DNA from: Mobula hypostoma | Taxonomy: Eukaryota | DNA: 64,000 nucleotides | Assembly: GCF_963921235.1 (NCBI RefSeq) | Contig: NC_086097.1 | Span: 24,368,001 to 24,432,000, forward strand | Direction of reading: 5' to 3' | Shown here: one piece after another, positions 1 through 12,444 of the stretch | How the letters are laid out: every line of letters starts with the position of its first letter | Numbering within the stretch: the first letter of the stretch is position 1 | The notes under the pieces: generated by a model | What the model was told of the DNA's origin: nothing | The model's input: the letters and a program-made list of their open reading frames with translations, nothing else | Databases searched by the model: none | Position numbers and translations under genes: made by a program

Positions 1-575
1 TGGGTTTTTATTACTCAGCCTGGTACCCCTTCAGGGCCAGATGCTTTCATGGATTCACCTTCTGGAAGGATGCTCTCACGTTGCCTCAGAGACTATAATC
101 ACGGTCATCGGGGCCTATGGGAATTCGCAAAGGTGTCTCCATGTGTTGATGATCAAAGTGAACATGAGAGGCATTGAGCTCATCTGGGCGTGAAGCCTTG
201 CTGTCACCAATGTCACATGGTTTCACTTCATAGGAGGTGATAGTGTCCAAGCCCTGCCACAGCTGTTGAGCATCTTTCAGTGATTCAAGTTTGGCCCGGA
301 ATTGCCACTCTGCACGTGAGATGGCTTTCCGGAGACCGTAGCTGGATTTCACTTGGTCACCAGGCCTGAGTGCCACTGCTCTGGCCCTCAGCAGATTGCA
401 GATCTCATGGTTCATCCAGGGTTTCTGGCCGAGGAGGACACTGAATGATATCATGGGGGCACACTCATCCACGACTGTTTTAATAAAGTCCATGACAATC
501 GTGGTGTGTGCATTCAGATCTTCTGACAAATCCTTGAACACAGTCCAGTCCACCGACTCAAAGCAACCCCAGTGC
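1..575 (-). mobile_element. Rex1/Babar-type non-LTR retrotransposon fragment (endonuclease-RT linker)
   Basis: ORF 86..553(-) DWTVFKD...DFIKTVVDEC...QKPWMNHEICNLLRAR...LWQGLDTITSY is typical of the Rex1/Babar ORF2 linker; runs off the window start. Confidence 0.75.
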
Positions 576-1539
576 CTAGGAAGATCCTTGTCATGTCAGT
601 GTTAATAAACCTGATTCTGATGCTGACTTTGAATCTGAATGTAGTAAGAGATTAAGATACAGTCGCAGAACTCAAACAGAAGAGATACTATTAAGGACAT
701 TCTGTTCTTCTCTCAGATTGAGCTGTTCTGGAGGGAAGGTGACAAAATGAAGGAGATTCACATGAAGGATGGTGCGGATGGAGGAAGGGGATGAGTCGAT
801 AGAGAGTAAGGGTGAGGAGAGAGGGATTCAAATAAGAGGAATGATAACTTCATTTAAGAAAATTCAATGATATCAAAATAACATGTTCAAACTGCTAAAA
901 TTAATTTTCCAACAGATTACTGAGGCAGCATATACCAGTATAAATTCCATCTCACATTTCTTCTGATTATCTGGTCCAGTGGGTCTGTAATAATCCAGCT
1001 GTATTCGAGTCACTGTTTGGAGTTTACAGAAAACACAAACCAAATGTCTGCAGTAATAACCTCAGCTTTGATCACTGTCAAAATGTTGTCAAGTGACCCT
1101 CCCGAGAGTTTTCCATGGAGCTAATCATCTAGCTATCACTGCGATGCCACTCTCTCTCCCGCCAATGCTTCCGTGACCCAAAGGACCTTCAGATGGTTAC
1201 GAGCAGATGCACTAAAGCATAACCTGTGTGGGTTGTTTTCCTGGAGCAACAGCAAAACTGGGAGCGGGGCTGAGGAAAATGTTAGGGTCAGAATTTGCAG
1301 GGCCACTGAATGCAGAGGTCATAGGCCTCTGGTTAGTTGGGTGATTTCTGGGCAGTTTCAGTGGCCCTCTGTAGCCCTGCTCCACCATGCGGTATTCAAT
1401 GTGTGACTGAAACCCATGACCTACCATTCTTCTATATAGTGAAAAATTCAGTTGACAAAAACCTGTGCACCACAGATTTAAAATTGGAAGTTTGACTCAA
1501 TATCAATTTTCATAGTCATTCTGCACAGAAACAGATGCA

Positions 1540-2420
1540 CCTACTGAGGAAGGGTATCAAAGCTCATAGTGTGATCTTGGCCAGTTGGGAAAATGAGCTG
1601 AAAAATGGCAGACAGAATTTAATGCAGACAATTGTGAGATGTTGCGCTTTGGGAGGACAAACCTGGGTAAGACTTGTTCAGTGAATGGTAGCGCTCTGAG
1701 GTGTGCAGTAGAGGAAAGGAACCTGGGAATTCAGATCCATAATTCCTTGTAAGTGCCATCACAGATAGATAGGGTTGTAAAGAGAGTTTTCATCACATTG
1801 AATACTGGAGGAACTCAGCAGGTCAGGCAGCATCCAAGGCGAGGAATAAACAGTCCATATTTCAGTCTGAGACCATCCATCATCAGTCCTGATGAAGGAT
1901 CTCAGTCTGAAACGTTGACTGTTTATACTTCTCTATCGATTCCGCCCGACCTGCTGAGTTCCTCCAGCATTTTGTGTGTGTTACTGTGGATTCCCAGAAT
2001 CTGCAGAATCTCTTCTATTTTTTACACATTTTCCTTCATAAATCAGAGCATTGAGTAGCAGGAATTGGGATGCGATGTTGAAGTTGTGCAAGATATTGGT
2101 GAGGCCAAATTTGGAATATTTTTTGAACCTACCCACAGGAAAAATATTAGAAATAGTGAAAGAATACTAAGGAAACTTTCAAAGATTTTGCTGGGTCTTG
2201 AGGACGTACATTATCAGGAAAGGTTGAATTAGTTAGGACTTTCTTCCCTGAGACATAGGAGAATGAGGAGAGAACTTGTAGAGGTATACAAAGCTGTGTT
2301 AGGGGACTATAGATAGTTTAAATACATGCAGGTTTTTTCTCCTGAGGTTGGGTGAGACTGGAACTGGAGGTCATCGGTTTCGTGTGAAAGGTAAAATATT
2401 TAAGGAGAACCTGACGGAGA
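1540..2420 (+). mobile_element. Degenerate CR1 LINE RT 3' fragment, interrupted by a Penelope pLTR piece (~1801-2015)
   Basis: Decayed KWAEKWQ(T)EFNAD.CE, SQIDRVVKR and LVRPNLEY motifs, collinear with the cleaner CR1 at 39791-41800. Confidence 0.8.
1884..1921 (+). ncRNA. Minimal type-I hammerhead ribozyme in a Penelope pLTR
   Basis: cagtc-CTGATGA-aggatctcagtct-GAAACGTT-gactg: stem I cagtc/gactg, CUGANGA and GAAA cores, palindromic ACGU stem III, GUU cleavage triplet. Confidence 0.65.
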
Positions 2421-3249
2421 ACTCAACAACCTAAGGGATTGCTAGGTTACGATCAATTGGTCGATTGACTGAATGAATAAATAAGCAAACAAAAATTAAA
2501 TACTGCAAAAGAGGAACAGTGAGGTAGTGTTCATGGGTTTATGGACTGTTCAGAAATCTGATGGCAGAGGGGTAGAAGCTGTTCCTAAAGCACTGTGTGG
2601 GTCTTCAGGGTCTTGAGGTGGGTACCTCCTCCATGGTGGTAATGACAAGAAACCATGTCCTTTATGGTGAGTGTCCTTCATGATGGATGCCATTTGAGGA
2701 TAATTCTTTTGATGGTAGCACGTTTCTGGGTTGTGGGTTGAAACCAGAATTCCTTGCAGTCACAGGGACAATGTACAAGTTCCACACTCTCAACACCAGA
2801 GGTTGGGATTTAACCTGGGTCTCTGGAGCTACCGCCAAAATTTGCAATTAATGCAATTTGACTGGGGATTAGATTAGCAAAGTTACCTTGGTGCCATGGG
2901 AACAGACTGAATGCAGCCCACGGGCATTTCCAGTCTCTGCAGATCATAAACGACCCAAGGGATAGGGACTGCAGATCGGTTCTCACATCACAAAGAAATT
3001 AGTTGCTTTAAATAGCACTACTACATCCTTGGAATCTCCGGATGTGCTTCACTGTTAGTGAATTACTTTGAAATGTAATCTCTTCAATTTTTTTCCCTTG
3101 GTTTATCTAATGCTACCAAGAGAGGCCATTTAGCTTAATGAGACCACTCTGGCTCCCAGAAGAGAAATCTCATCAGTCCCAATCCCCTTCTACATATTTC
3201 CCAGTTACCCTGGAATATGACAATAGTAAAGCTGCATTTGGAATATAGT

Positions 3250-3439
3250 AACACACATCAAAGTTGCTGGTGAACGCAGCAGGCCAAGCAGCATCTATAG
3301 GAAGAGGCGCAGTCGACGAAGGATCTCGGCCTGAAACGTCAACTGCGCCTCTTCCTATAGATGCTGCTTGGCCTGCTGCGTTCACCAGCAACTTTGATGT
3401 GTGTTGCTTGAATTTCCAGCATCTGCAGAATTCCTGTTG
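3250..3439 (+). mobile_element. Fold-back Penelope pLTR mini-insertion inside a CR1 relic
   Basis: Inverted arms ~3250-3317 and ~3339-3405 plus a 34-nt 3' tail; 13-bp TSD tttggaatatagt at 3237-3249 and 3440-3452. Confidence 0.85.
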
Positions 3440-3509
3440 TTTGGAATATAGTGTTCAGTTTTGGTCACTCTGATATACAAACGTTTGTAGAAACAATCTG
3501 ATTAAGCTG

Positions 3510-4210
3510 GAACAACACACACAAAGTTGAGGAGGAACTCAGCAAGTCAGGCAACACCTTTGGGAGAGGATGAACAGTTGATGTTTCAGACTGAAACCCT
3601 TCATCAGAAGTGAAAAGGAAAGGGTCAGAAGCCAGATTAAGGTGATAGTGGGTGGTGGGAAGAGTACAAGCTGACAGGTGATAGGTTAGGCCAAACTCAG
3701 GTTGAAGGAGCAACATCTCGTATTACATTCAGGTAGCCTCTAACCTGATGGCATGAACATCGATTTCTCTAACTTCCAGAAGTTTCTCCCCTCTTCCGTT
3801 ATTTCTTTTTCCATTCTTCATTCTGGTTCCTCTCTACCCCTTCTCATCTCCTCAACTCCCTCAGGTTCTCCTCCTCCATCCATTTCTCCCATGGTTTACA
3901 GTCCTCTCCTATTGGAATCCTTCTTCTTCAGCCCTTTACCTCTTCTGCCTATCACCTCCCAACTTCTTTCATCACCACTCCCCCACCTACCGACCTTCCT
4001 TCTCACCTGTTCTCACCTATCACCTGCCAGCTGTACTCCTTCCCTCACTCCACCTTCTTATTCTAGCTTCTGTCTGCTTCCTTCCCAGTCATGATGAAGG
4101 GTCATGCCCCAAAACATTAATCGCTTATTCCCCTCCGTAGATACTGAATTTCTACGGCATTTTGTGTGTGTTGCTCAAGATTTCCAGCATCCGCAGAATC
4201 TCTTGTGTTT
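3510..4210 (+). mobile_element. Older Penelope 3' end/pLTR with an inverted 5' piece
   Basis: ctcaggttgaaggagcaacatc...cctgatggcatgaacatcgatttctc, a pyrimidine tract, a decayed hammerhead and the ccagcatccgcagaatctc tail; inverted copy at ~3510-3690. Confidence 0.75.
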
Positions 4211-4578
4211 GTGATAAGTGGAAAAGAGTGCAGAGGAGGTGTCTATGGATGTTACGAGGACTCATGGACATTTGAAAGAGTTTGAGCAGCTTGCTTATTT
4301 TCTCGTCGGAGTTTGGAGAATAAGGAGTGAATTTGCTGAGGTGTATTAAATCATGAGGGTCCATGAACACATTTTTTTCCAGGGCAGAGGATCAAGAACT
4401 AAAGGGCATTAGGTTTAGCGTGGGAGGAGAGAGATTCAGTAGAAAGATGAGGGGCAACCTTTTCACCCAGTAGGTGATTAGTATGTGAAATGAGCTGCCA
4501 AAGGAAGTGACTGAGGCAGGTGCATTAACACTATTTAAAAGGCACTCGGGCAGGTGAACAGATATGAAAGGTTTAGAA

Positions 4579-4658
4579 CAGGGGTTCCCAACCTGGGGTC
4601 CATGGACCCCTTGGTTAATGATAGAGGTCCATGGCATAAAAATGATTGGGAACCTCTG
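4579..4658. mobile_element. ~80-bp hAT (Charlie/Buster-like) MITE inside CR1 debris
   Basis: TIRs caggggttcccaa ... ttgggaacctctg; same family at 32560-32638 and 61316-61396. Confidence 0.8.
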
Positions 4659-5534
4659 GAGTAAAGGAGTATAGGCCAAATGCAGGCACCTGGGACCAGT
4701 TCAGATGGGACCAGCTTAGGTGCCTGGAATGCACTGCTGGAAGTGGTGGTAGAGGCAGATATATTAGACACATTTAGGAGACTCTTAGATAGGCATATGG
4801 ATGAAAGAAAAATGGGTTGTGTAAGAGGGAAAGGTTAGATTGAACGTGGAGAAGTTTTATTTAGGTTGGCACAATAACCAGGGCTGCACTGAACTATACT
4901 GTTCGATGTTCTATGTAAACCACATCAGCTACATAAGGCAGTTTATTGAACATAGGATGTCTATTGCCTGCAGTTTATACCTTTCAGCTGGTGGTCGTTG
5001 TTCCCTTTAAGGCCACAAGGGCATGTACAAGAACATTTCTGACCACTCAGGCAGAGAGAACCATGAACTATTCATTTATGTGACCTGAACCTGACTCAAG
5101 GTCATAAGAGACACACTGTGCTGGTGATTTTTACTCCGGTCCCCAGACTCTATTGACACGAGTCCAGAGCTGAGAAACTTGGCAGCTTTACTTGAGGAGA
5201 ATGGAAACTGATACCAACTTGGGAGAATTGGGATGAAGTCAACTGGGGTCTAGGTTGAAGTCTCCTTGATAATTTCCTACTTGGATCAAGAATTCCTCCT
5301 GCATGAGGAGTAGCATCAGGGTGAACCTCAGGAAGTAGTGTAACTTACATGTGTAGGTTGTTTGCCATTCATCGGGAAGAGCAACTTAGACCCTTGATTG
5401 CAATAAAACATCCCACAGCACTTCAGAGGAGATGGATGAAATTTTAACACGAATGACATATGGGAAAGTGATCAAAGCCTTCATCAAGGACATAAACTTA
5501 GAATTGGAATTAGCTTGTCTTTATTGTTATTTTT

Positions 5535-6215
5535 ATTTTTTCTCAGCTCAAGCTGGTAATACCTGAAGTATGGGCGTAGCCAAGCACACTCATTTTTCAA
5601 TTGCTAGGAATTTTCAGACTATTCCAGTGGTATTTAGTATTGTGGCTTTCTTGGATTTAGATAAATAGTGCAACTTTGGGATGATACCAGTTGTAGATAT
5701 TACTATTGGAATAATGTATACCCTGTTCACGTTCCATAGTCTTTCAGTTTCCTCTTGTAATTCAGCATAATTCAAGTGTTTTTTACTTATTGATTTCTGA
5801 ATGTTATCTGTGCTTGAAATGACAATATCTATTAAGTAAGTTGTTCTTCTTTGTTTCTCCTGTAATATTATTTCTGGATGATTATTATAGATTGTCCTAT
5901 CTGTAATAATAGATTAGTCATATTATAATTTGTATGATTCTGACTCTAAAACTGGACCAGGCTTGCATTTATAGTAAGGTATGTTGTTTTTCATGAGTTT
6001 GTATTTTAAAGCAAAATTTTGGTGAATGAAGTTTGTCACTTGATTGTGCTTGTGCAAGTAATCAGATTGAGTTAAACTGCTGCAGTATCCTGTAATGTGT
6101 TGAACTGTTTCTTCTTTCTCTTGGTATTTTCTGCATTTAGCATCTTGAATTTATTGGTCTTTTATTTTGTGTTAACCACCTGGTCCTGCATTGCCAGAAG
6201 GAACAACTCCTCTTC
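5535..6215 (-). mobile_element. 5'-truncated R4/Dong-clade non-LTR retrotransposon (zinc knuckle plus restriction-like endonuclease)
   Basis: Minus-strand translation gives FLLAMQDQVVNT, a decayed CCHC (KCRKYQEKEETVQHITGYC), YLHKHNQV, a PD..D nuclease region and KATILNTT; same family as 51050-51508; TAA-rich sequence on both sides. Confidence 0.8.
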
Positions 6216-6249
6216 TTCTTCTTCTTATTATTATTATTACATGACTGGA

Positions 6250-6530
6250 GAGGCACGGTAGTGTAGCAGTTAGTATAATTGAGGTTTGATCCCCACCGCT
6301 GTCTGTAAGGAGTATTTTTGTACTCCCCATGACTGCTTTGCTTTTCTCCACATGCTCTGATTTCCTCCCAAATTTCAAAGACATACATTTTAAAGTAAGT
6401 GAGTTGTGGGCAAGCTATGTTGGTCCTGGAAGTGTGGCAACACTTAATTGATATGATTTGATGCAAAATGACACATTTCATTGTATGTTTTGATGTTTCA
6501 ATGTACACGTGACAAATAAAGCTAATCTTT
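6250..6530 (+). mobile_element. V-SINE (tRNA-derived, HE1-like)
   Basis: tRNA-like head ggcacggtagtgtagcagttag, followed by a V-domain-like ttttctccacatgctctgatttcctcccaaatttcaaagac. Confidence 0.65.
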
Positions 6531-6839
6531 ATTGTGACATGTACCGAAATGCAACAGAAATCTTTTGTTACTGTGCCATCCAGAGAGATCATTCCATATC
6601 TAATGACATTGAGGTGGTCAAAAGGAAAACAGAATGCAGACTATGGTGTGGCAATGACAGGAAAAGAGCAGAGTAGGCAGACAAATCAAGTTCAAGGGCC
6701 ATGGCAAGGTGTATTGGGAGATCTTTTAGCACATGACATTCAAGTTTCAGCATTTGGGATCAACTTCAAGAAAGAGAAAGGGTCAGGAACTGTACAGCAT
6801 GGAAATAAGCCCTTTGGCCCAACAACCTGGCACTCAGAT

Positions 6840-7655
6840 CATTAAGACGAACAAGCTGATTGTGGACTTCAGGAAGGGTAAGATGAAGAAACACATACCA
6901 ATCCTCGTAGAGGGATCAGAAGTGGAGAGAGTGAGCAGCTTCAAGTTCTTGAGTGGCAAGATCTCTAAGGATCTAACCTGGTCTCAACATATCGATGTAG
7001 TTATAAAGAAGGCAAGATAGTGGCTATACTTTATTAGGAGTTTGAAGAGATTTGGTATGTCAACAAATAAACTCAAAAACTTGTATAGTTGTACTGTGGA
7101 GAGCATTCTGACAGGCTGCATCACTGTCTGGTATGGGGGGGTGGGGGAGATACTGCACAGGACCGAACGAAGCTGCAGAATGTTGTAAATCTAGTCAGCT
7201 CCATCTTGGGTACCAGTCTACAAAGTACCCAGGATATCTTTAGAGAGCGGTGTCTCAGAAAGGCAGCATCTATTATCAAGGACCTCCAGCACCCAGGGCA
7301 TGCCCTTTTCTCACTGTTACCATTAGGCAGGAGGTCCAGAGGCCTGATGGCACATACTCGGCGATTCAGGAACAGCCTCTTCCCCTCTGCCATTCGATTC
7401 CTAAATGGACATTGAATCTTTGGATACTACTTCACTTTTATTTTTAGTATACAATATTTCCGTTCTTGCATGTCTTTTTAAAATCTATTCAATATACGTA
7501 ATTGATTTATTTGTTTATTTATTATTATTTTTATTTTATTTATTACTATTTTTTCTCTCTCTGCTAGATTATGTATTGCATTGAACTGCTGCTGATAAGT
7601 TAACAAATTTCTCGTCACATGCTGGTGATAATAAACCTGATTCCTATTCTGATGA
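6840..7655 (+). mobile_element. Rex1/Babar LINE 3' fragment
   Basis: LIVDFRK..., VERVSSFKFL, HPGHALFSLLPLGRR and RFRNSLFPSAIRFLN; 3' UTR ends in aataaacctgatt...ctgat repeats. Confidence 0.85.
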
Positions 7656-8459
7656 TTCTAAAGTTCATTCCAACCATCAGGCAGTCATTTACTCAGATCC
7701 TAAAGCGATCCTAACTTTTTTTAATTCTCACAATCCCATCAAATTCCGCCCCCCCCCACCTATTTCTTCCACATATTTACACAGTAGGGGTAAATAAAAT
7801 AATCAGAATAATCAGAATCAGGTTTATTATCACTGACATGTCATGAAATCTGTTGTTTTAAAGTACAGTGCAATCATAAAATGTACTGTAAAGTATAATT
7901 TAAAAATATGTGTGTGTGTATCTATATATAAATAAGTAGTACACGAAAAGAAAGAAAAAAGTAGTGAGGTAGTGTTCATGGATTAATTGTCTGTTCAGAA
8001 ATCGGATGACAGAGGGATAGAAGCTGTTCCCAAAACACTGAGGAGGCTCCTGTACCTCTTCCCTGATGGTAGTAATGATAATTGGGCATGTCCTGTGTGG
8101 TGGGGATCTTTAGTTATGGATGCTGCCTTTCTGAGGCATTGTCTTTTCAACAGTGGTCCAATAACGTCAATATGGAAAGAGACTGGAGCACCCAGTGCCA
8201 GTCAATCTGGTCACAGGGAGAACCTGCAGTCTTCATAGCGACAGCTTTGGAGATCAGAACTGAACCAAGAATGCTGGGCAGTGACGTAGCAGTTTTACTG
8301 GCTAAACTTCGGTGCTATGACATAAGGAGTTAGAGAGATTTAAGGAATGGACTTCTGAGATTGAAACCCAGGAAATAGTAACCATTGTCCCTGAGAAGAA
8401 CTCCATCAGCAGATGAGAAAGAGACAGAAATCGGAGGAGAGCAGAGCTTTAGGACAGGG

Positions 8460-8810
8460 AGGTGGGGGTTGATTGTGGAACGGGTGGGGGCTCTACTAGT
8501 GGTCTTGCTCCTGGATCTGGTCAAGATGGCCATGCTTGGGACAGGCGGCAGTTAGTCGAGGGTTCTGCCAAAGCTAACTGTTTGCCCCTCTTCTGGGCTT
8601 ATGTTCATGCTGAGTGTCCTTAGGGAGGGAGCATGCCGTCACTATGGGCTCAGTGGGGGAGTCCCAGGAATGGTGGGACCCCCATGGAATTGGGTGCTTT
8701 GAAGATGATAGTAACCATATTTTAATTGAAATTGTAAGTAATATTGTAAGTCCCTGATTATTGTGTGTATTTCGTGAGTGAATAAACTTCTGTTGTTTTG
8801 TAAAAATAAA
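8460..8810 (+). mobile_element. L1/Tx1-clade LINE 3' end
   Basis: Frameshifted LLVVLLLDLVKMAM...ANCLPLFWAYVHA..VSL.REHAVTMG..W.P.GI.C..D..NHILI* resembles the Tx1 ORF2 C-terminus; followed by AATAAA and an A-rich end. Confidence 0.55.
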
Positions 8811-10146
8811 CTGGAGCCTAAATCAAACATAAAGAGAACAGAGGACATGAAGGGCTTTGAACGCAAAGATATGGGTTTTAAAATGAAGGGGTAACTGGTC
8901 CAGAAGACAAATAGGAGATGAGGCATGCGTTAGGGTGTGAGCAACGGAGTTTGGAAGGTAAGTGATATGAGGAGGAGGGAGAGATAATATTTCAGGTCAG
9001 TGAGCTTCCACTGGAACTCCTGTCGGGATGCGTGTTAACATCCAGGATGGAGAGAGCGGTAAGGAGAAGAGCAACAGATCACCAGGGACTTGAGATATGA
9101 CCGGACTCATAGTAACATCCCAGCAAGGAGAGAAGATTATAATTAACTATATCTGGACTATGTGGGAAGTAGAAGAATTCTGTCCATTAGAGCATGAGGA
9201 AGTAAGTCAGAATAACCCAGTACTGCTCCTCCATTCTGCTCATGGCTGAACTTAACCTGACCTCAACTCCATGCTCTCCTTAACCTCTGAATCCCAAGAT
9301 GAACAGAAGTCTATCAACTTTGAATATATTAAATGAGAACTCACCGGGTTAGAAAATTCCGGAGTCAAGATCCTCATCTCTCCTCATCTGTACCTTTTGG
9401 GCTCAAATGAGTTTTGACCCAGGCTGCTCGAACTCTCTTCTTTTGATAACTCTTTCATCCCAGGAATCAACTGAGTGAAGCTTTCACCAAATGTTTGCCA
9501 TATAGCTACATCCCTCTGTTTACAAGGAGTCTAAAACCCGGTCTGATTTCACTGATGCTCTTTTGCTTTGTAGCAAGGCTCCCCATACTTTTCTTTATTT
9601 TATTTCGAGATGCAGCATGGTAACTGGCCCATCCAACCCATTGAGTCTGTGCAACCCATGTGGCAAATTAATCTGCTAACTTGTTCACATTTGGAATCTG
9701 GGAGGAAATTGGTAGGTCAAATATGATGGTAGAATATAGTATTAATAGTTAGACTCTTGGCAGTGTGGTGGATCAGAGGGATCTTGGGATCCGAGTCCAT
9801 AGGACACTCAAAACTGCTGCGCAGGTTAACTGTGTGGTTAAGAAGGCATACGGTGTATTGGCCTTCATCAACCGCGGGATTGAGTTTAAGAGCCGAGAGG
9901 TAATGTTACAGCTATATAGGACCCTGGTCAGACTCCACTTGGAGTACTGTGCTCTGTTCTAGTCACCTCACTACAGAAAGGGTGCAGAGGAGATTTACAG
10001 GGATGTTGCCTGGATTAGGGAGCATGCCTTATGAGAATAGGTCGAGTGGAAACAACAGGAATTCTGCAGATGCTGGAAATTCAAGCAACACACATAAAAG
10101 TTGCTGGTGAATGCAGCAGGCCAGGCAGCATCTCTAGGAAGAGGTA

Positions 10147-10288
10147 CAGTCGACGTTTCAGGCCGAGACCCTTCGTCAGGACTAACTGAAGGAAGAGTTA
10201 GTAAGAGATACAATTGACGTTTCAGGCCGAGACCCTTCGTCAGGACTAACTGAAGGAAGAGTTAGTAAGAGATTTACAGTCGACGTTT
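10147..10288 (-). ncRNA. Tandem minimal hammerhead ribozymes (two full cores and one partial)
   Basis: Units start at 10147, 10211 and 10277 (periods 64 and 66 nt); minus strand reads tagtc-CTGACGA-agggtctcggcct-GAAACGTC-gactg. Confidence 0.75.
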
Positions 10289-10654
10289 GTGGACTTGGTT
10301 AAAGTGGTCTTGGCCTTTTTTTCTTGTAGCGACGGAGGATGAAAGGTGACCTGATAGAGGTGTATAAGATGATGAAAGGCATTAATCATGTGGATGGTTA
10401 GAGGCTTTTCCCCAGGGCTGAAATGGCTAGCATGAGAGGGCACAGTTTTAAGGTGCTTGGAAGGAGGTACAGAGCAGGTGTCAGGGGTAAGTTTTTTACA
10501 CAGAGAGTGGTGAGTGGGTGGAATGGGCTGCCGACAATGGTGGTGGAGGCAAATATGATAGGATCTTTTAAGACACTCCTGGATAGGTACTTGGAGCTTA
10601 GAAAAATAGAGGGCTATGGGTAACCCTAGATATTTTTTAAAGTAAGTACATGTC

Positions 10655-11222
10655 TCTACTTTATACTTTATTGTCGCCAAACAATTGGTACTAGAACGTA
10701 CAATCATCACAGCGATATTCGATTCTGCGCTTCCCGCTCCCTGGATTACAAATATTAAATATTAAAAGTAGTAAAAATTAGTAAATATTAAAAATTTAAA
10801 TTATAATTCATAAATAGAAAATAGAAAAATGGGAAGTAAGGTAGTGCAAAAAAAACCGAGTGGCAGGTCCGGATATATGGAGGGTAGGCCCAGATCCGGG
10901 TCAGGATCCGTTCAGCAGTCTTATCACAGTTGGAAAGAAGCTGTTCCCAAATCTGGCCGTACGAGTCTTCAAGCTCCTGAGCCTCCTCCCGGAGGGAAGA
11001 GGGACGAAAAGTGTGTTGGCTGGGTGGGTCGTGTCCTTGATTATCCTGGCAGTACTGCTCCAACAGCGTGCGGTGTAAAGTGATTCCACGGACGGAAGAT
11101 TGGTTTGTGTGATGTGCTGCGCTGTGTTCACGATCTTCTGCAGCTTCTTTCGGTCTTGGACAGGGCAACTTCCATACCAGGTTGTGATGCACCCTAGAAG
11201 AATGCTTTCTACGGTGCATCTA
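10655..11222 (-). mobile_element. Rex1/Babar-type LINE 3' fragment
   Basis: ORF 10901..11131(-) RIIKDTTHPANTLFVPLPSGRRLRSLKTRTARFGNSFFPTVIRLLN; minus-strand AATAAA near 10670. Confidence 0.8.
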
Positions 11223-11289
11223 TATGGGTTAGCATTGTGGGCTGAAGGGCCTGTATTATATTGTATGTTTTCTATGTTTCTATGAAATA

Positions 11290-11415
11290 GGAGAACCTGA
11301 GGAAACCCATGAGATTACAGGGAGAATGTATAAACCTCCTTATGGACAGCAGCGGGAATCAAACCCAGGTCACTGGTGCTGTAATAGCATTACGCTAACT
11401 ACTACACTACCGTGC
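11290..11415 (-). mobile_element. V-SINE 5' part
   Basis: Reverse complement has a tRNA-like head (gcacggtagtgtagtagttagcgtaatgc...gggtttgattcccg) and the start of the V domain. Confidence 0.6.
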
Positions 11416-11669
11416 TGACCCAATAGCGCGGTTTGAAATAATCTTAAATTTTATAGGATCTGTTGACTTCCAGTGGCTGAGCTGGATGGCCTACATGAAG
11501 CTAGTAACGTGTGATCAGAAAAGAGAGTGCTTGGTCCCCCATTAACAGAAAAGTTCTGGGAACGATGTCCCTGTAAAATTTTCTTGTGTACATTGTGCGG
11601 AATCTAGCACACGAATCTTGTTCGAATTCTCCAAAGATAATCATCTCACTTCCTTTAGTTATTGCTGTT

Positions 11670-12120
11670 CATAGAAAATTTGCAAGGATGTTGCTTGGAC
11701 TTGAGTTACAGAGAAAAGCTGAATGGATTCGGACCTTATTCTTTGGCGTGTAGGAGAGTGAGACGGCATCTTCTCGAGATATACAGAATTATGAGGGATA
11801 TCGATAGGATGAACTCATAAAGCTTTTTCCACTGAGGTTGGATGAGATGAGAACTGGAGGTCATAGGTTAAGTGTGAAAGGTGAAATATGTAAGGGGAAC
11901 TTGAGAAACCTCTTCACTCAGAGGATACTGCCAGTGTGGAATGAGCTGGCAGCGGAAGTGGGTGATATGGGTTCAATTGTAACACTTAAGAGAAGTTTTG
12001 GATAAGTACATGGTGTGGGAGTTTCAGTGGGATACGGTCTGGGTAGTTGGGACTAGGCAGGAGATCAGGTTGGCATGGACCAAAAGGCCTTTTTCTGTGC
12101 TGTAGTCTGTGACTCTATAA
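11670..12120 (+). mobile_element. Degenerate CR1 3' fragment
   Basis: Decayed RKFARML.GL, RR.R..L.EIYRIMR, TGGHRLSV and FTQR motifs, then a CR1-type 3' UTR. Confidence 0.7.
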
Positions 12121-12444
12121 CTTGTGTCCAGACTTCTAGTTAATATGAACTGAAGTCATTATGATCTTGCACCTTATTATCTGTCTGCAACGTACTTTCT
12201 TTGAAACTGTTACACGTTATTCTACATTGTTACTGTTTTACCTTGTACTACCTCAATGTACTGTGTAATGATTTGATCAGTAGGAACAGAATGCAAACCA
12301 AGATATAGATGTGACAATAATAAACCAATTCCGATTCAACATTCACCGGGGATTATCCGGAAACTGTTGAGCGGCCAAAACCCCAGCTTCTTTCATATGA
12401 CACAAGTTCATGGCATGCAAACAGGTACAACGAATAATTTATTC

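Larger units (their letters stand above)
9710..11284 (+). mobile_element. CR1 LINE 3' fragment interrupted by a Penelope pLTR (10050-10288) and a Rex1/Babar fragment (10655-11222)
   Basis: QRDLGIRVHRTLK, LYRTLVRLHLEYC, RGHSFKV, FFTQRVV; the (ttctatg) tail resumes at ~11226-11284. Confidence 0.85.

Noticed and set aside
10147..10288. CRISPR-like repeat array
   Set aside because: The sequence between the repeats is itself duplicated rather than unique, there are no cas genes, and the context is eukaryotic. It is a tandem of a pLTR segment.
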